Shown here: positions 13,630 to 25,821 of the stretch, one piece after another
Position numbering within the stretch: position 1 is the stretch's first letter
Layout: each line of letters starts with the position of its first letter
Origin: Eledone cirrhosa
Taxonomy: Eukaryota
Reading direction: 5' to 3'
Assembly: GCA_964016885.1 (NCBI GenBank)
Contig: OZ024756.1
Location: 19,220,001-19,284,000 of the forward strand
Length of the DNA: 64,000 bases
Made by a program: the position numbers and the translations under genes
Notes under the pieces: model-generated
The model's input: only the letters and a program-made list of their open reading frames with translations
Told to the model about the DNA's origin: nothing
The model's database searches: none

Positions 13630-14180
13630 TTATTTAGCTGACGAGTACAGTATTGTATACCTGATATCTATATATGTGTGACGAAAGAAAGGAAAGTTGG
13701 ACAGACAGACAGACAGACAGACAGACACACTTTCTACTTTGATGAAAGTTATTTAGCTGGCAAGTACAGTATTGTATACCTGACATCCATATATGTGATG
13801 GAAGAAAGGAAAGTTGAACAGACATACACACACACACAGACCCCCCCCCCCACACACACACACACACACACCACTCTACCTTGAAAGTTATTTGCCTGAC
13901 AAGTATTGTATACCTGACATCCATACATGTGAGGAAAGGAAAGGAAAGGAAAGGAAACTCACTCACTCACTCACGATGAAAGTATTCTCTACCTAACATC
14001 CATACATGTGATGAAAGAAAGGACAGTTGAACACACACACACACACAGATATAGACACACAGACAGACAGACACACACAGATATAGACACACAGACACAG
14101 ACACACGCACACACTACTTTGATGAAAGTTATCTACCTAACATCTATAGATATGATGAAGGAAAGGAAAGTTGAACAGAG
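13630..14180. repeat. Degenerate repeat blocks interleaved with AC/AGAC microsatellites
   Basis: gatgaaagttattt..tacctgacatccata..gaaaggaaagttgaaca recurs ~5 times. Confidence 0.7.
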
Positions 14181-14559
14181 ACAGACACACACACACGACA
14201 CACATACACACACATACACACACGACACACACGACATACACACACGCACGACATACACGACATTCACACAGACACGACATTCATACACACACACACGTCA
14301 TACATACACACACACACACACACACACACACTTGTATTGTAATATCAAGACAGAGTTAAAGAGAGAGAGGGATGTACACAGATACAGACACACTATGCAG
14401 TAATACAGAAGACCGGACCTCCCATATGCAGAAACTGAAGCATACAGCTAATATGCACCACCTTCCCTCCCATTACTCCTCCCTCGCTGTAATCATCCCA
14501 TCTCTATATCTACCTCCCCAATTCCCCATGCATCTTCCCCACCCCAGTCCCCAATCCAC

Positions 14560-15712
14560 ACCACAGAGTGGTCATCCTGGAGCCACGACAAAAAGTGCCC
14601 AGTCCACCCTGTAAAGTGGTCATGTAGGTGTCACAACAAAAAGCACCCAATCCACCCTGTAAAGTGGTCATGTAGGTGTCACGACAAAAAGCACCCAATC
14701 CACCCTGTAAAGTGGTCATGTAGGACTTACGATAAAAAGCACCCAGTCCACACTGTAAAGTGGTCATGTATGTGTCACGACAAAAAGCACCCAATCCACC
14801 CTGTAAAGTGGTCATGTAGGTGTCACGACAAAAAGCACCCAATCCACCCTGTAAAGTGGTCATGTAGGTGTCACGACAAAAAGCACCCAATCCACCCTGT
14901 AAAGTGGTCATGTAGGACTTATGATAAAAAGCACCCAGTCCACACTGTAAAGTGGTCATGTAGGTGTCACGACAAAAAGCACCCAATCCACCCTGTAAAG
15001 TGGTCATGTAGGTGTCACGACAAAAAGCACCCAATCCACCCTGTAAAGTGGTCATGTAGGACATACGATAAAAAGCACCCAGTCCACACTGTAAAGTGGT
15101 CATGTAGGTGTCACGACAAAAAGCACCCAATCCACCCTGTAAAGTGGTCATGTAGGTGTCACGACAAAAAGCACCCAATCCACCCTGTAAAGTGGTCATG
15201 TAGGTGTCACGACAAAAAGCACCCAATCCACCCTGTAAAGTGGTCATGTAGGTGTCACGACAAAAAGCACCCAATCGACCCTGTAAAGTGGTCATGTATG
15301 TGTCACGACAAAAAGCACCCAATCCACCCTGTAAAGTGGTCATGTAGGACTTATGATAAAAAGCACCCAGTCCACACTGTAAAGTGGTCATGTAGGTGTC
15401 ACGACAAAAAGCACCCAATCCACCCTGTAAAGTGGTCATGTAGGTGTCACGACAAAAAGCACCCAATCCACCCTGTAAAGTGGTCATGTATGTGTCACGA
15501 CAAAAAGCACCCAATCCACCCTGTAAAGTGGTCATGTAGGACTTACGATAAAAAGCACCTAGTCTACACTGTAAAGCGGTTATGTAGGTGTCATGACAAA
15601 AAGCATCTAGTACACACTGTAAAGCGGGTATGTAGCTGTCACAATCTTATCGACCTTGTAAAGTGGTTATGTAGGTGTCACATCAAAAAACACCCAGTAC
15701 ACACTGTAAATG
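14560..15712 (+). repeat. 48-bp SINE-derived minisatellite, ~24 copies
   Basis: Unit gtggtcatgtaggtgtcacgacaaaaagcacccaatccaccctgtaaa; followed by the SINE 3' part at 15713-15865. Confidence 0.95.
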
Positions 15713-16236
15713 TGGTTTGTGTTAGGAATGGTATCCAACTGCAGAAACCAAGCCCAAATCAGTTCTATGTGAGCAAAACAGTTCTCTGACCTGGCTGTCT
15801 CACAATGGAACAACTCATCTAACCCATGCTAGCATGGAAAATAGACCTTACATGATGATGATATATATAATTAGAAAGAATTACTATCCATTACATAGGA
15901 ACAACCGATCAATCATTACATCAATACATATACATAAGAACCAAAATAGTTAAGGGGCTATGATAGTTCAGATTTCTTCAGTTCAAATCCACAGGGGGTG
16001 TGTGTATTTTGTTTTTTTAACGGGGAGGAGAGGTTGTTGATTCTTAAATCGTATCCTACTCCTAGATGTGAACAGAACTAAAATAAAGATAGAAAATTTA
16101 ATTGTACATGCCTCAGTTCAGCTGTCAGGAATAGATCCCATTTGTATATCATCTGGGAATATCTATTATGTAATAATTAACACTTAAATGTTTTGAAATA
16201 GTAAGCAACAAGTTCTGAACGAGTTTACTGTATTAA

Positions 16237-16533
16237 CCCTTTAGCATTTAAACCAGCTGTATATGGCCAGAATTCTCTCACCTCTTTCTGGTCAAACTGG
16301 CAACTCATAGTGATGTTAAGGTATTGTTCTCAAAATAAATAATTGTTTCTACTTTAGGCACAAGGCCAGCAATTACCCAGTGTATTACTGGTACTTTATT
16401 TTATCGACCCTGTAAGGATGAAAGGCAAAGTATCAAAATCTCAGATTCAATACTATGTGCAATAAATATGTGAGGTAAAGCCTTTACCATGAAAATATAA
16501 TAGTAAATATAGATTAATATAAATGCTAAAGGG
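16237..16533 (+). mobile_element. piggyBac-type MITE with internal SINE 3' fragment
   Basis: TTAA|ccctttagcattta...taaatgctaaaggg|TTAA, perfect 14-bp TIRs; SINE fragment at ~16341-16430. Confidence 0.88.
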
Positions 16534-16904
16534 TTAAGCATCAATTCCCCTGTGCCAACTGACTTCTCAATGGAAAACTTAAACCAGAAAATTCATTTGG
16601 CTATTAGTTTACTAATGAAATTTATCTTGGACAGCCATCAATACTATCATCAATGTTTACATTCATTACACAATTTAATAATATGAACTTCCTCAACATC
16701 TGCTCATCCTCAACTGTTTTATCAGCTCTGGATCTATCTCTTCAACTCTATCAAACTGCTCCACTTCACGTTATTCTACAAATATTTATGATCTGGCCAA
16801 TGACATTTCAGACTCAGATGTCAGACTTGGATGAAAGTCTGCTGTAATAATTAAATTCTCTCTACAAAGAAAATTACATTATATTAGTTAAAATCAGCCA
16901 CAAC

Positions 16905-18480
16905 ATCTGTATATGTCTGTTTGGGACCAGAAAGTATCAGCCATTACTTCTTTATATGTCTGTTTGGGTCCAGAAAGTACCAGCCATTACTTCTGTATAT
17001 GTCTGTTTGGGTTCAGAAAGTATCAGCCATTACTTCTGTATGTGCCTGTTTGGGACCAGAAAGTATCAGCCATTACTTCTGTATATGTCTGTTTGAAATC
17101 AGAAAGTTAGTATCAGCCATTACTTCTGTATATGTTTGTTTGGGACCAGAAAGTTGGTATAACCATAACATCTATTTGGGACCAGAAAGTTAATATCAGC
17201 ATTAACATCTGTATGTGGAGGTGCTTGACCTAGTAGTAAGTGTGTTGGACTTATGATGATAATATTGTAAGTTTGATTCCTGGGCTGGGTTGTGTGTTGT
17301 GTTCTTGTGCAAAACACTTTATTTCACATTGCTCCATTACACTCAGCTAATAAGTAATACCAGCAATAGCTGAGGGTGTCCTGTCCAGGAGGAGTCATGT
17401 ACTCTCAGTCACTTAACGCCACAAAAACCCGATGAGCTTAACACCACCAGCCTGATGAGCCTCTAAGCTCAAGATAAATTTTAGATAACTTCTATATATG
17501 TCTGTTATACATCAGAAAGTTAGTATCAGCCTTTCATAACTTCTCTATATGTCTGTTTGGGACCAGAAAGTTAGTATAACCATAACTTCTCTATATGTAT
17601 ATTTTGGACCAGAAAGTTAGTATAACCATAATTTCTCTATATGTCTGTTTGGGACCAGAAAGTTAGTATAACCATAACTTCTCTATATGTTTGTTTGGGA
17701 CCAGAAAGTTAGTATAACCATAACTTCTCTATATGTCTGTTTGGGACCAGAAAGTTAGTATAACCATAATTTCTCTATATGTCTGTTTGGGACCAGAAAG
17801 TTAGTATAACCATAACTTCTCTATATGTCTGTTTGGGACCAGAAAGTTAGTATAACCATAATTTCTCTATATGTCTGTTTGGGACCAGAAAGTTAGTATA
17901 ACCATAACTTCTCTATATGTCTGTTTGTGACCAGAAAGTTAGTATAACCATAACTTCTCTATATATCTGTTTGGGACCAGAAAGTTAGTATAACCATAAC
18001 TTCTCTATATGTCTGTTTGGGACCAGAAAGTTAGTATAACCATAACTTCTCTATATATCTGTTTGGGACCAGAAAGTTAGTATAACCATAACTTCTCTAT
18101 ATGTCTGTTTGGGACCAGAAAGTTAGTATAACCATAACTTCTCTATATATCTGTTTGGGACCAGTAAGTTAGTATAACCATAACTTCTCTATATGTCTGT
18201 TTGGGACCAGTAAGTTAGTATAACCATAACTTCTCTATATGTCTGTTTGGGACCAGAAAGTTAGTATAACCATAACTTCTCTATATGTCTGTTTTGGACC
18301 AGAAAGTTAGTATAACCATAACTTCTCTATATGTCTGTTTGGGACCAGAAAGTTAGTATAACCATAACTTCTCTATATGTCTGTTTGGGACCAGAAAGTT
18401 AGTATAACCATAACTTCTCTATATGTCTGTTTGGGACCAGAAAGTTAGTATAACCATAATTTCTCTATATGTATATTTTG
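16905..18480. repeat. 43/46-bp minisatellite split by a SINE
   Basis: Unit gggaccagaaagttagtataaccataacttctctatatgtctgttt (46 bp, 17485-18480); 43-bp variant at 16905-17212; SINE at 17215-17480. Confidence 0.92.
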
Positions 18481-20079
18481 GATTAATATAATAACTTATG
18501 TGTGTGTCTGTTATGGATCAGAAAGTTAGGTAGTGAGTTAAGTAATATACTTAATATAAACTATAAGTCTTAAGTTAATGATTGACAGAAATACATGAGA
18601 ACAGAGACACCTCCCCACTCCACCAAAGGAAGGCTACACCACCAGCTGGATTTTGGAGGTCTTTAGTGAAGTCTATTCTATTGCAAGCATTTAACCCTTT
18701 CATGACCACATTTCTAATGAAATACACTATTTTAATTAATTAATTAATTAATTAATTAATTAAGAATTTTGAGGGATTTACTAAAACATTAATTATTTCA
18801 GATAGTAACTTAATGTAAGGTTCTTATACAAAATTATGTTGGAAGATTTTAATTTAAATTGGAAACCTTTTAAAATAGGTGGTTTTATTTCATAGAACCA
18901 GAGCCGGTTGTGGTTGAGTTGTTAACTAATGGATTAATCTAGGTCCTTTGTCTTCTTCTTCCACATTTAGAGGCCCTGCAAAAGGTCATGGTCATTGTTC
19001 TTTCTCCTGTGACTAACACATAGTGTAGGCAATAAGAAAATGAGGAATGGGGTACACTCAATAGTTTTGAGAACAGACAGAGCATAGCTGACAAATTTAA
19101 GTTTCTAACATGGTTGGCCCTGTTTTTGGCAGCTAAACTTTAACCCCCACTTCCACCCTCTCCTTTAATGCTCAAACACTATTGTCCTTTATCTCTATTC
19201 TATAAATACTTCTTCCATGGTTGATATCCTGCCAAATTTTTCTCTTTATTTGTTTCTCCTCTTCAGCTTGCTAATCAAGTCACTCGTCTTTCTACTAATT
19301 CTCATCCTTTCACTGTGTTTATTGTCCTCTCTTCTGAGAAGACTATGCAAATCTAGAAGTTTCTTTCCTCAAACCTCTGTCTTCTTTCCCTGGTGGCTAT
19401 AATCTTAAATCTTTTAAATCTGTTGCTGATCATTTTCTGATTTCAAGGGCAACAATATGTTTCATTAGATTTTACATTATTTTTTTAACTACCAACAACT
19501 GGATTGCTGGTTACCTGTAGCTTTGTTAGAATTTCTAATAATAATAATGATGATTACTGTAGTCACAAAGCCAGCAATTACGGGGGAGGGGGGGGGGGGG
19601 TGATTAAATCGACCCTGTGTATTACAGGTATTATATTTTATTGACCCCATAATAATAATAATAATAAAGAAAGCATTAATATTATTATTATCATTATTAT
19701 ATCTACTTTAGGTCCAAGGCCACCAATTTAAAGGGGAGGCAAAAGTCAATTAAATCGACCCCAGTACATTACTGGTGCTTTATTTATCAGTGTCTGACAC
19801 TCTACCGAGTCTACCAAATCCAAATGTTTGGGACAAGAATTTACTGTGACAAAAGTACCACAGAAGATCTATTCTAGAATGAAGAAACATGATTGATGAG
19901 TGAAGATTTCAAAGGTTTGTTTCTATGGTCTGATTTGATGAATTCCACCCCACTCGGTAAGCGCATGAAGTCTAGGATCTTGTCGATTGATTTGATCAAT
20001 AACTTTATAAGGTCACCCATTCATTTTCTAACTGTTAAAAGGATGACTTTATAGGACCTTGAGAACAACTTTAGTCCTT

Positions 20080-20640
20080 TATAGCAACGGAGGTGGGTGC
20101 TCAGAAAGTACAATAACTAGGGTAAGAACGGGATGGAAGAAGTTTAGGGAACTACTACCACTGCTAGCTGCAAAAGGCTTCTCCCTCAGAATGAAAGGCA
20201 GACTGTATGATGCGTGTATCCGAACAGCGATGTTGCATGGTAGTGAGACCTGGGCGCTGAAGGTGGAACACTTACGTAGATTAGAGAGAAACGAAGCCTG
20301 CATGCTCCGATGGATGTGTAACAGTAATATACGTGAACGACAAAGCATAAAGGAATTGAGAGAGAGACTGAGCATAAGAGGAATCAAATGCTGCGTGCAG
20401 GAGAGGCGGTTACGCTGGTATGGACATGTGATGCGTATGAAGGATGACAGCTGCATAAAAAGGTGCAGAGCACTAGAAGTTGATGGAAACCGCGGAGTGG
20501 GGAGACCCAAGATGACTTGGGATGAGGTGATAAAAGCCGACCTTACCCAACTACACCTCTCAAAGTCAATGACACACGACCGTGACTTCTGGCGTCACGC
20601 AGTAATACAGGGTACCCGACCTCCCATGGGTACATGCTGA
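20080..20640 (+). mobile_element. RTE-clade LINE ORF C-terminal fragment, open frame
   Basis: GWKKFRELLPLL..LYDACIRTAMLHGSETW..LERNEACMLRWMC..RRLRWYGHVMR..GRPKMTWDEVIKADL. Confidence 0.92.
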
Positions 20641-20669
20641 AGCATATAAACAATATGCCCCCCCCCCCC

Positions 20670-20938
20670 CCCACCGCAAGGTGGTCGTGGAGGTGCCACG
20701 GCAAAAAAGCACCCAGCCCACACTGTAAAGTGGACGTGTAGGCGCCACGAAAAAGCACCCAGCACTCACTGTAAATGAGGTTGGTGTTAGGAAGGGCATC
20801 CAGCTGTAGAAATCAAGCCAGATCAGTTCCTGTATGAGCAAGGCATGGTCAGCCGACCAGACACTGCCCACAACAGGACAACCCGTCTAACCCATGCTAG
20901 CGTGGAAGAACGGACGTAAAACGGTGATGATGATGATT
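20670..20938 (+). mobile_element. SINE 3' part with ~2 copies of the 48-bp unit and RTE-type tail
   Basis: aaaaagcacccagcccacactgtaaagtgg twice, then gttaggaagggcatccagctgtagaaa...(GAT)n. Confidence 0.8.
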
Positions 20939-20944
20939 ACAGCT

Positions 20945-21330
20945 GTAGGAAGCCTTCCAAAACTGAAACATAAGTGTGTCTAGGAACCCTTCCAAAACTA
21001 AAACATAAGTGTGTCTAGGAACCCTTCCAAAACTAAAACATAAGCGTGTCTAGGAACCCTTCCAAAACTGAAACATAAGTGTGACTAGGAACCCTTCCAA
21101 AACTGAAACATAAGTGTGACTAGGAACCCTTCCAAAACTGAAACGTGTGTGACTAGGAACCCTTCCAAAACTAAAACATAAGTGTGTCTAGGAACCCTTC
21201 CAAAACTAAAACATAAGTGTAACAAGGAACCCTTCCAAAACTGAAACATTAGTGTGACTAGGAACCCTTCCAAAACTAAAACATTAGTGTGACTAGGAAC
21301 CCTTCCAAAACTAAAACATAAGTGTGACAT
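20945..21330. repeat. 35-bp minisatellite, ~11 copies
   Basis: Unit taggaacccttccaaaact(g/a)aaacataagtgtg(t/a)c. Confidence 0.95.
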
Positions 21331-21622
21331 AGCAACATAGCGCTTGGTCTATCTAGGAAGAGAGATCTTGATCATTTCCTTGGAAGTTTTTGTCCTCAAG
21401 ATTCTTCAAATATATCATGTATTATTCAATTTCTAATTGTTTACAGATTGGCAGAAAAAAGTAACTGAAGTGACCCCAGAATCAGAACTTCTACCCCACT
21501 CAGTAAGCGAATGAGGTCTGAGAACTTGTTGGTCTTAATGCTGACATAAATCTCACAGACAAAGGAATTTAGTTGAATGCAGACATGAAGAATATTTAAC
21601 TATTTTTCTGGCTCTAACTTAA

Positions 21623-21876
21623 CCCTTTAACATTCACATTACTCTATATTTACTATTGTATTTTCACACAAAAGGCTTTATCTCACATAATATTGAATCT
21701 ATGAGATTTTTATGGTACTGTACTGGGTAATTGCTGGCTTTGTGCCAAAAGTAGAAACAATTATTTATTTTGAAAACAATACTTTAACATCAGTATGAGT
21801 AGTAAGTTACAGCCAATTTGAACAGAAAGGGGTGAGAGAATTCTGGCCGGATACAGTGGGTTTAAATACTAAAGGG
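21623..21876 (-). mobile_element. piggyBac-type MITE
   Basis: TTAA|ccctttaacattca...taaatactaaaggg|TTAT; reverse orientation relative to the 16237 copy. Confidence 0.8.
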
Positions 21877-22139
21877 TTATAGCTAGGATGTATGTTTGTA
21901 TTGTTTTTTTCTATAATTCATGAGAGAATTAGATTTTCTTAGCTAGACATCATTCAGTAATATCAATTGTATCATTAATGATTATTTGTAAAGGTTAATG
22001 CTCTAAAGAAAGGACAGACATTTACCATCTTAGGTTTCTGCATTTTTAACTTAAAACTGGTTTGTTACTTTATTGAACTCTCATTTAATGTCATTCAGTA
22101 TTGGGGCAGAATAGAATGGCTGAAATGAAATAAATACAT

Positions 22140-22772
22140 AATTGTTTCTACTTTTGGCACAAGGTCAGCAATTATCCAGTGCATTACTGGTACTTTATTT
22201 TATCGACCCCGTAAGGATGAAAGGCAAAGTCAACCTCGGCGGGATTTGAACTCAGATCGTAAAGGGACGTAACTATGCTGGAAAGCATGGCGTCCGACCC
22301 TCTACCGATACTGCCAATCCACCACATAATAATAATGATTTCTGATTTAGGCACAGAGCCAAAACTTTTGGGGCAAGGTGAAGTCAAATCAACCCCAGTG
22401 CATTACTGGTGCGTTATTTTATCGACCCTGTAAGGATGAAAGGTAAAGTTAACCTCAGCGGGATGTGAACTCGGGCAGTAAAGGGCCGGAACTCTAGACT
22501 GCAATGCATGGCATCCAACCCTCTAGCAATACTACCAATCCATTGCCCTTATAATAATGGTTTCTTATATAGGCACAAGGCCAGCAATTGTTTTTTGGGG
22601 GGGAGGGGATCGATTAAATCAACCCCAGTGCATGACTGGTACTTTATTTTATCGACCCTGTAAGGATGAAAGGCAAAGTTAACCTCGGCGGGATTTGAAC
22701 TCAGAACGTAAAGAGCCGTAACTATACGCCGGGAAGTATGTTGTTCGAAGCTCTACTGATTCTCTCAATCCG
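22140..22772 (-). mobile_element. Three tandem Meta-domain-like tRNA SINEs
   Basis: Repeated ggtactttattttatcgaccc..aaggatgaaaggcaaagt(t/c)aacctcggcgggatttgaactc (B-box on minus), separated by (AAT)n. Confidence 0.85.
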
Positions 22773-22994
22773 AAAAATAATATTGGGTTAATAGACATTT
22801 AACAGTGGTGAAGATGATATATATATGCAGAGAGAGAGGGGGGAGAGGGGAGAGAGAGAGGGAGAGGGGGAGAGAGAGGGGGAGAGATGGGGGAGAGGGG
22901 GGAGGTAGAGAGGGGGGCACTCTGGAGCTTCTGGAATTCTCACACCCTTATCCAGCCCTCGCAATTTGAATTTATCCCTAACTCCAGCTGCTGT

Positions 22995-23868
22995 GATCAA
23001 CTTATTGAGTTTCTTGAAGTCATCATCCAGATCACTGATGGCGGCTCATGTTGTTTACATTGACTTTACTAAAGTTTTTAATTCTGTGCCACACAAAACT
23101 CTCTGCAATGGGTAAGATGATCTTTTTAACTGGTTGGAGTCTTTCATTCTCAGTCAAAAAGAGGTAGTCACGGTTCTAGGACGGCATTCTTCACCCTATG
23201 CGATGTCATCTGGTGTACCGCAAGGATCTGTTCTTGGTCCCCATTTGTTTATTGCATATATTAATGACATAGATGCCAACTTAAAGAATGCCACAGTACT
23301 GAAATATGTAGATGACATCAAGCTGTACCTTGAGATAAAAAGGACAGATCCTGAACACTATAGATCCTTCCTGCAATCAGGCCTGAACACAATGCAGCAA
23401 TGGATCGCAGACTGGCAACTCAAGTTGGCTGTGGACAAGTGTACCACCATGCATTTTGGGAGGAAAAACCCAACGTCCACATACTCCCTCCACAACACTA
23501 ATATCAAGTAGTCTTCTTGTGAACGTGACCAGCGATTTGCATTGGACAAAGCACATCTTTAAAATTGACAAGAAGGCTGAGAGTGTCTTGGCGTCAGCAA
23601 GACCTTTGTCAGCCACTCTCCAGCCATCTATTTAAAGCTGTATATAGCTATGGTGTGGTCACACTAAGAATTTGCATTATTAGTCTGGAACCCCGATCTT
23701 ACTCAGAACATTGACCTCCTGGAAAATATTCAGAGACGTGCAACCAAATGAATACCCTCCATCAAGCATCTACTATACTTCTTCCATGGGCATGGATACA
23801 ATGAAGCTCCAACATCTGGCAACTGACTTGGTAAACACCCACAAAATTATTAACCATCTTGCCAACAC
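22995..23868 (+). pseudogene. Decayed CR1/L2-group LINE reverse transcriptase fragment
   Basis: SGVPQGSVLGPHLFIAYINDID..KYVDDIKLY..WQLKLAVDKCTTMHFG; stops and frameshifts downstream (LENIQRRAT). Confidence 0.9.
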
Positions 23869-23919
23869 TGTTCTCAAAATAAATATCAAAATCTCATAGA
23901 TTCGATATTATGTGAAATA

Positions 23920-24105
23920 ATAATTGTTTCTACTTTTGGCACAAGGCCAGCAATTACCCAGTGCATTACTGGTACTTTATTTTATCGACCCCCGTAAGGA
24001 TGAAAGGCAAAGTTAACCTCGGCGGCATTTGAACTCAGAATGGCAAGGGCCGTAACTATGCGTCAAAGCATGTCGTCTGATCCTCTACCGATACTGCCAA
24101 TCCAC
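23920..24105 (-). mobile_element. Meta-domain-like SINE
   Basis: Same consensus as the 22140 copies. Confidence 0.85.
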
Positions 24106-24999
24106 ATATGTGTATATGCTTCATCATCATTTAACGTCTATTTTCCATGCTAGCATGGGTTAGACAAGTTATCCCGTTGTGAGACAAGTCAGATCAGATC
24201 AGATGACCCTGTCATGCTCATACAGAACTCTTTCTGGCTTGGATTCTACGGTTGGATGCCCTTCCACCAACCACAATTATAGCATGGAATGGATGCTTTT
24301 TATTGAGGACTCTGCTCCACGACCCTCTCAGGAATAAGTCAGCGAAGAAGAAGACTAACAAGGCATTGGTTAACCTAAGTCTATGTAAAAGACACTTGCC
24401 AAAACTTCATAACCACACGGACATTACTGAGATGAGAAAATTAGAAGAGAATCTGTTGAGGAATAGATGAAACTGATTCAGCAGAAATTGGAGGAATGAA
24501 GGAGAAAATTAGAAAAGAATAATAGAGAAGATTCTGACTAATAAAAATTGAACTCGATGCCAGAAATAGAATTTCAGATATAAATACAACTATCTATTAA
24601 TATAATTTTCAGTGTTTCTTCAAGTGTCTGTCTCCTTTGGAATACCAGAGTTATTCTCACTGAATTAAATAATGTACTGATTTATATATGTATGTATATA
24701 CATATAAATATATAAATATGCACATATATAAATATATACATAAATATACATATATATAAATATATACATAAATATATATATATAAACACACGCATATATA
24801 TATAAACACACACATATATATATATAAACACACACATATATATATATAAACACACACACACACACATATATATATATAAACATACGCACATATATATATA
24901 TATAAACATACACACACACACATATATATATATAAAATTACACTTGCTCATATATACATACATATATACATCATATATACATCATATATACATACATAC

Positions 25000-25220
25000 G
25001 TGAAGTCGTGTGGCTGAGTGGTTAGAGAATTGGATTCGCAATCGTAAGGTTGTGAGTTCGATTCCTGGACCAGGCGATGCGTTATGTCCTTGAGCAAGAC
25101 ACTTTATTTCACGTTGCTCCTTCTACCTGGAGTTGCGACCGATGGATAGTATTAGCAATTGGAAAGGCCAACGGAAACATTGTTCCCTCGGTCCGATTTG
25201 AAGAAAGTCGATCGTTCCTA
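25000..25220 (+). mobile_element. tRNA-derived CORE-like SINE
   Basis: tggctgagtggttag (A box), gagttcgattcc (B box), ccttgagcaagacactttatttcacgttgctcc. Confidence 0.85.
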
Positions 25221-25435
25221 TATATACATACATACACATACATACATATATATATATACATACATACATACATACATATACATACACATACATACATATA
25301 TATATATATACATACATACATACATACATACATACACATACACATATACATACATACACATACATATTTATACATACAGATATATACATACATACATATA
25401 CATACATACATATACATATTTATACATACATATAC

Positions 25436-25482
<47 letters not shown>

Positions 25483-25483
25483 C

Positions 25484-25528
<45 letters not shown>

Positions 25529-25554
25529 CATATATATACATACATATATATATC

Positions 25555-25589
<35 letters not shown>

Positions 25590-25595
25590 TATATC

Positions 25596-25630
<35 letters not shown>

Positions 25631-25821
25631 TATAAACATATACACTTATAACTATATACACACACACAATGGCTGGCCTTATAAAATCAAGATTTAGAAA
25701 CAACTGGCCATCTTCCTTTTGGCTGCGCAGACTTTGAAAAAAAAAACACACACATTTTATCCACAGACAGAGCAGAGTAGAGAACTATTGGACACAGGGT
25801 ACATATTCCCACATCAAACAT

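Noticed and set aside
8108-15789. Cys/His-rich repetitive ORFs (CRCHDKKHP...) at 8.1-8.9 and 14.5-15.8 kb, and the 242-aa ORF at 40384
   Set aside because: 48-bp SINE-derived arrays, open in several frames and often on both strands.
17448-17475. CTGATGA followed by a small hairpin (also on minus at about 1645-1660)
   Set aside because: No GAAA/stem III/stem I arrangement; it is part of a V-domain-like SINE tail.
19200-19400. Purine-skewed coding-like stretch (also 24330-24545)
   Set aside because: Frames are interrupted by stops and no recognisable motif is present; possibly old LINE debris but unsupported.
25000-25075. tRNA gene (also 43455-43530)
   Set aside because: A and B boxes are present but the sequence continues into a SINE body; no complete cloverleaf is evident.
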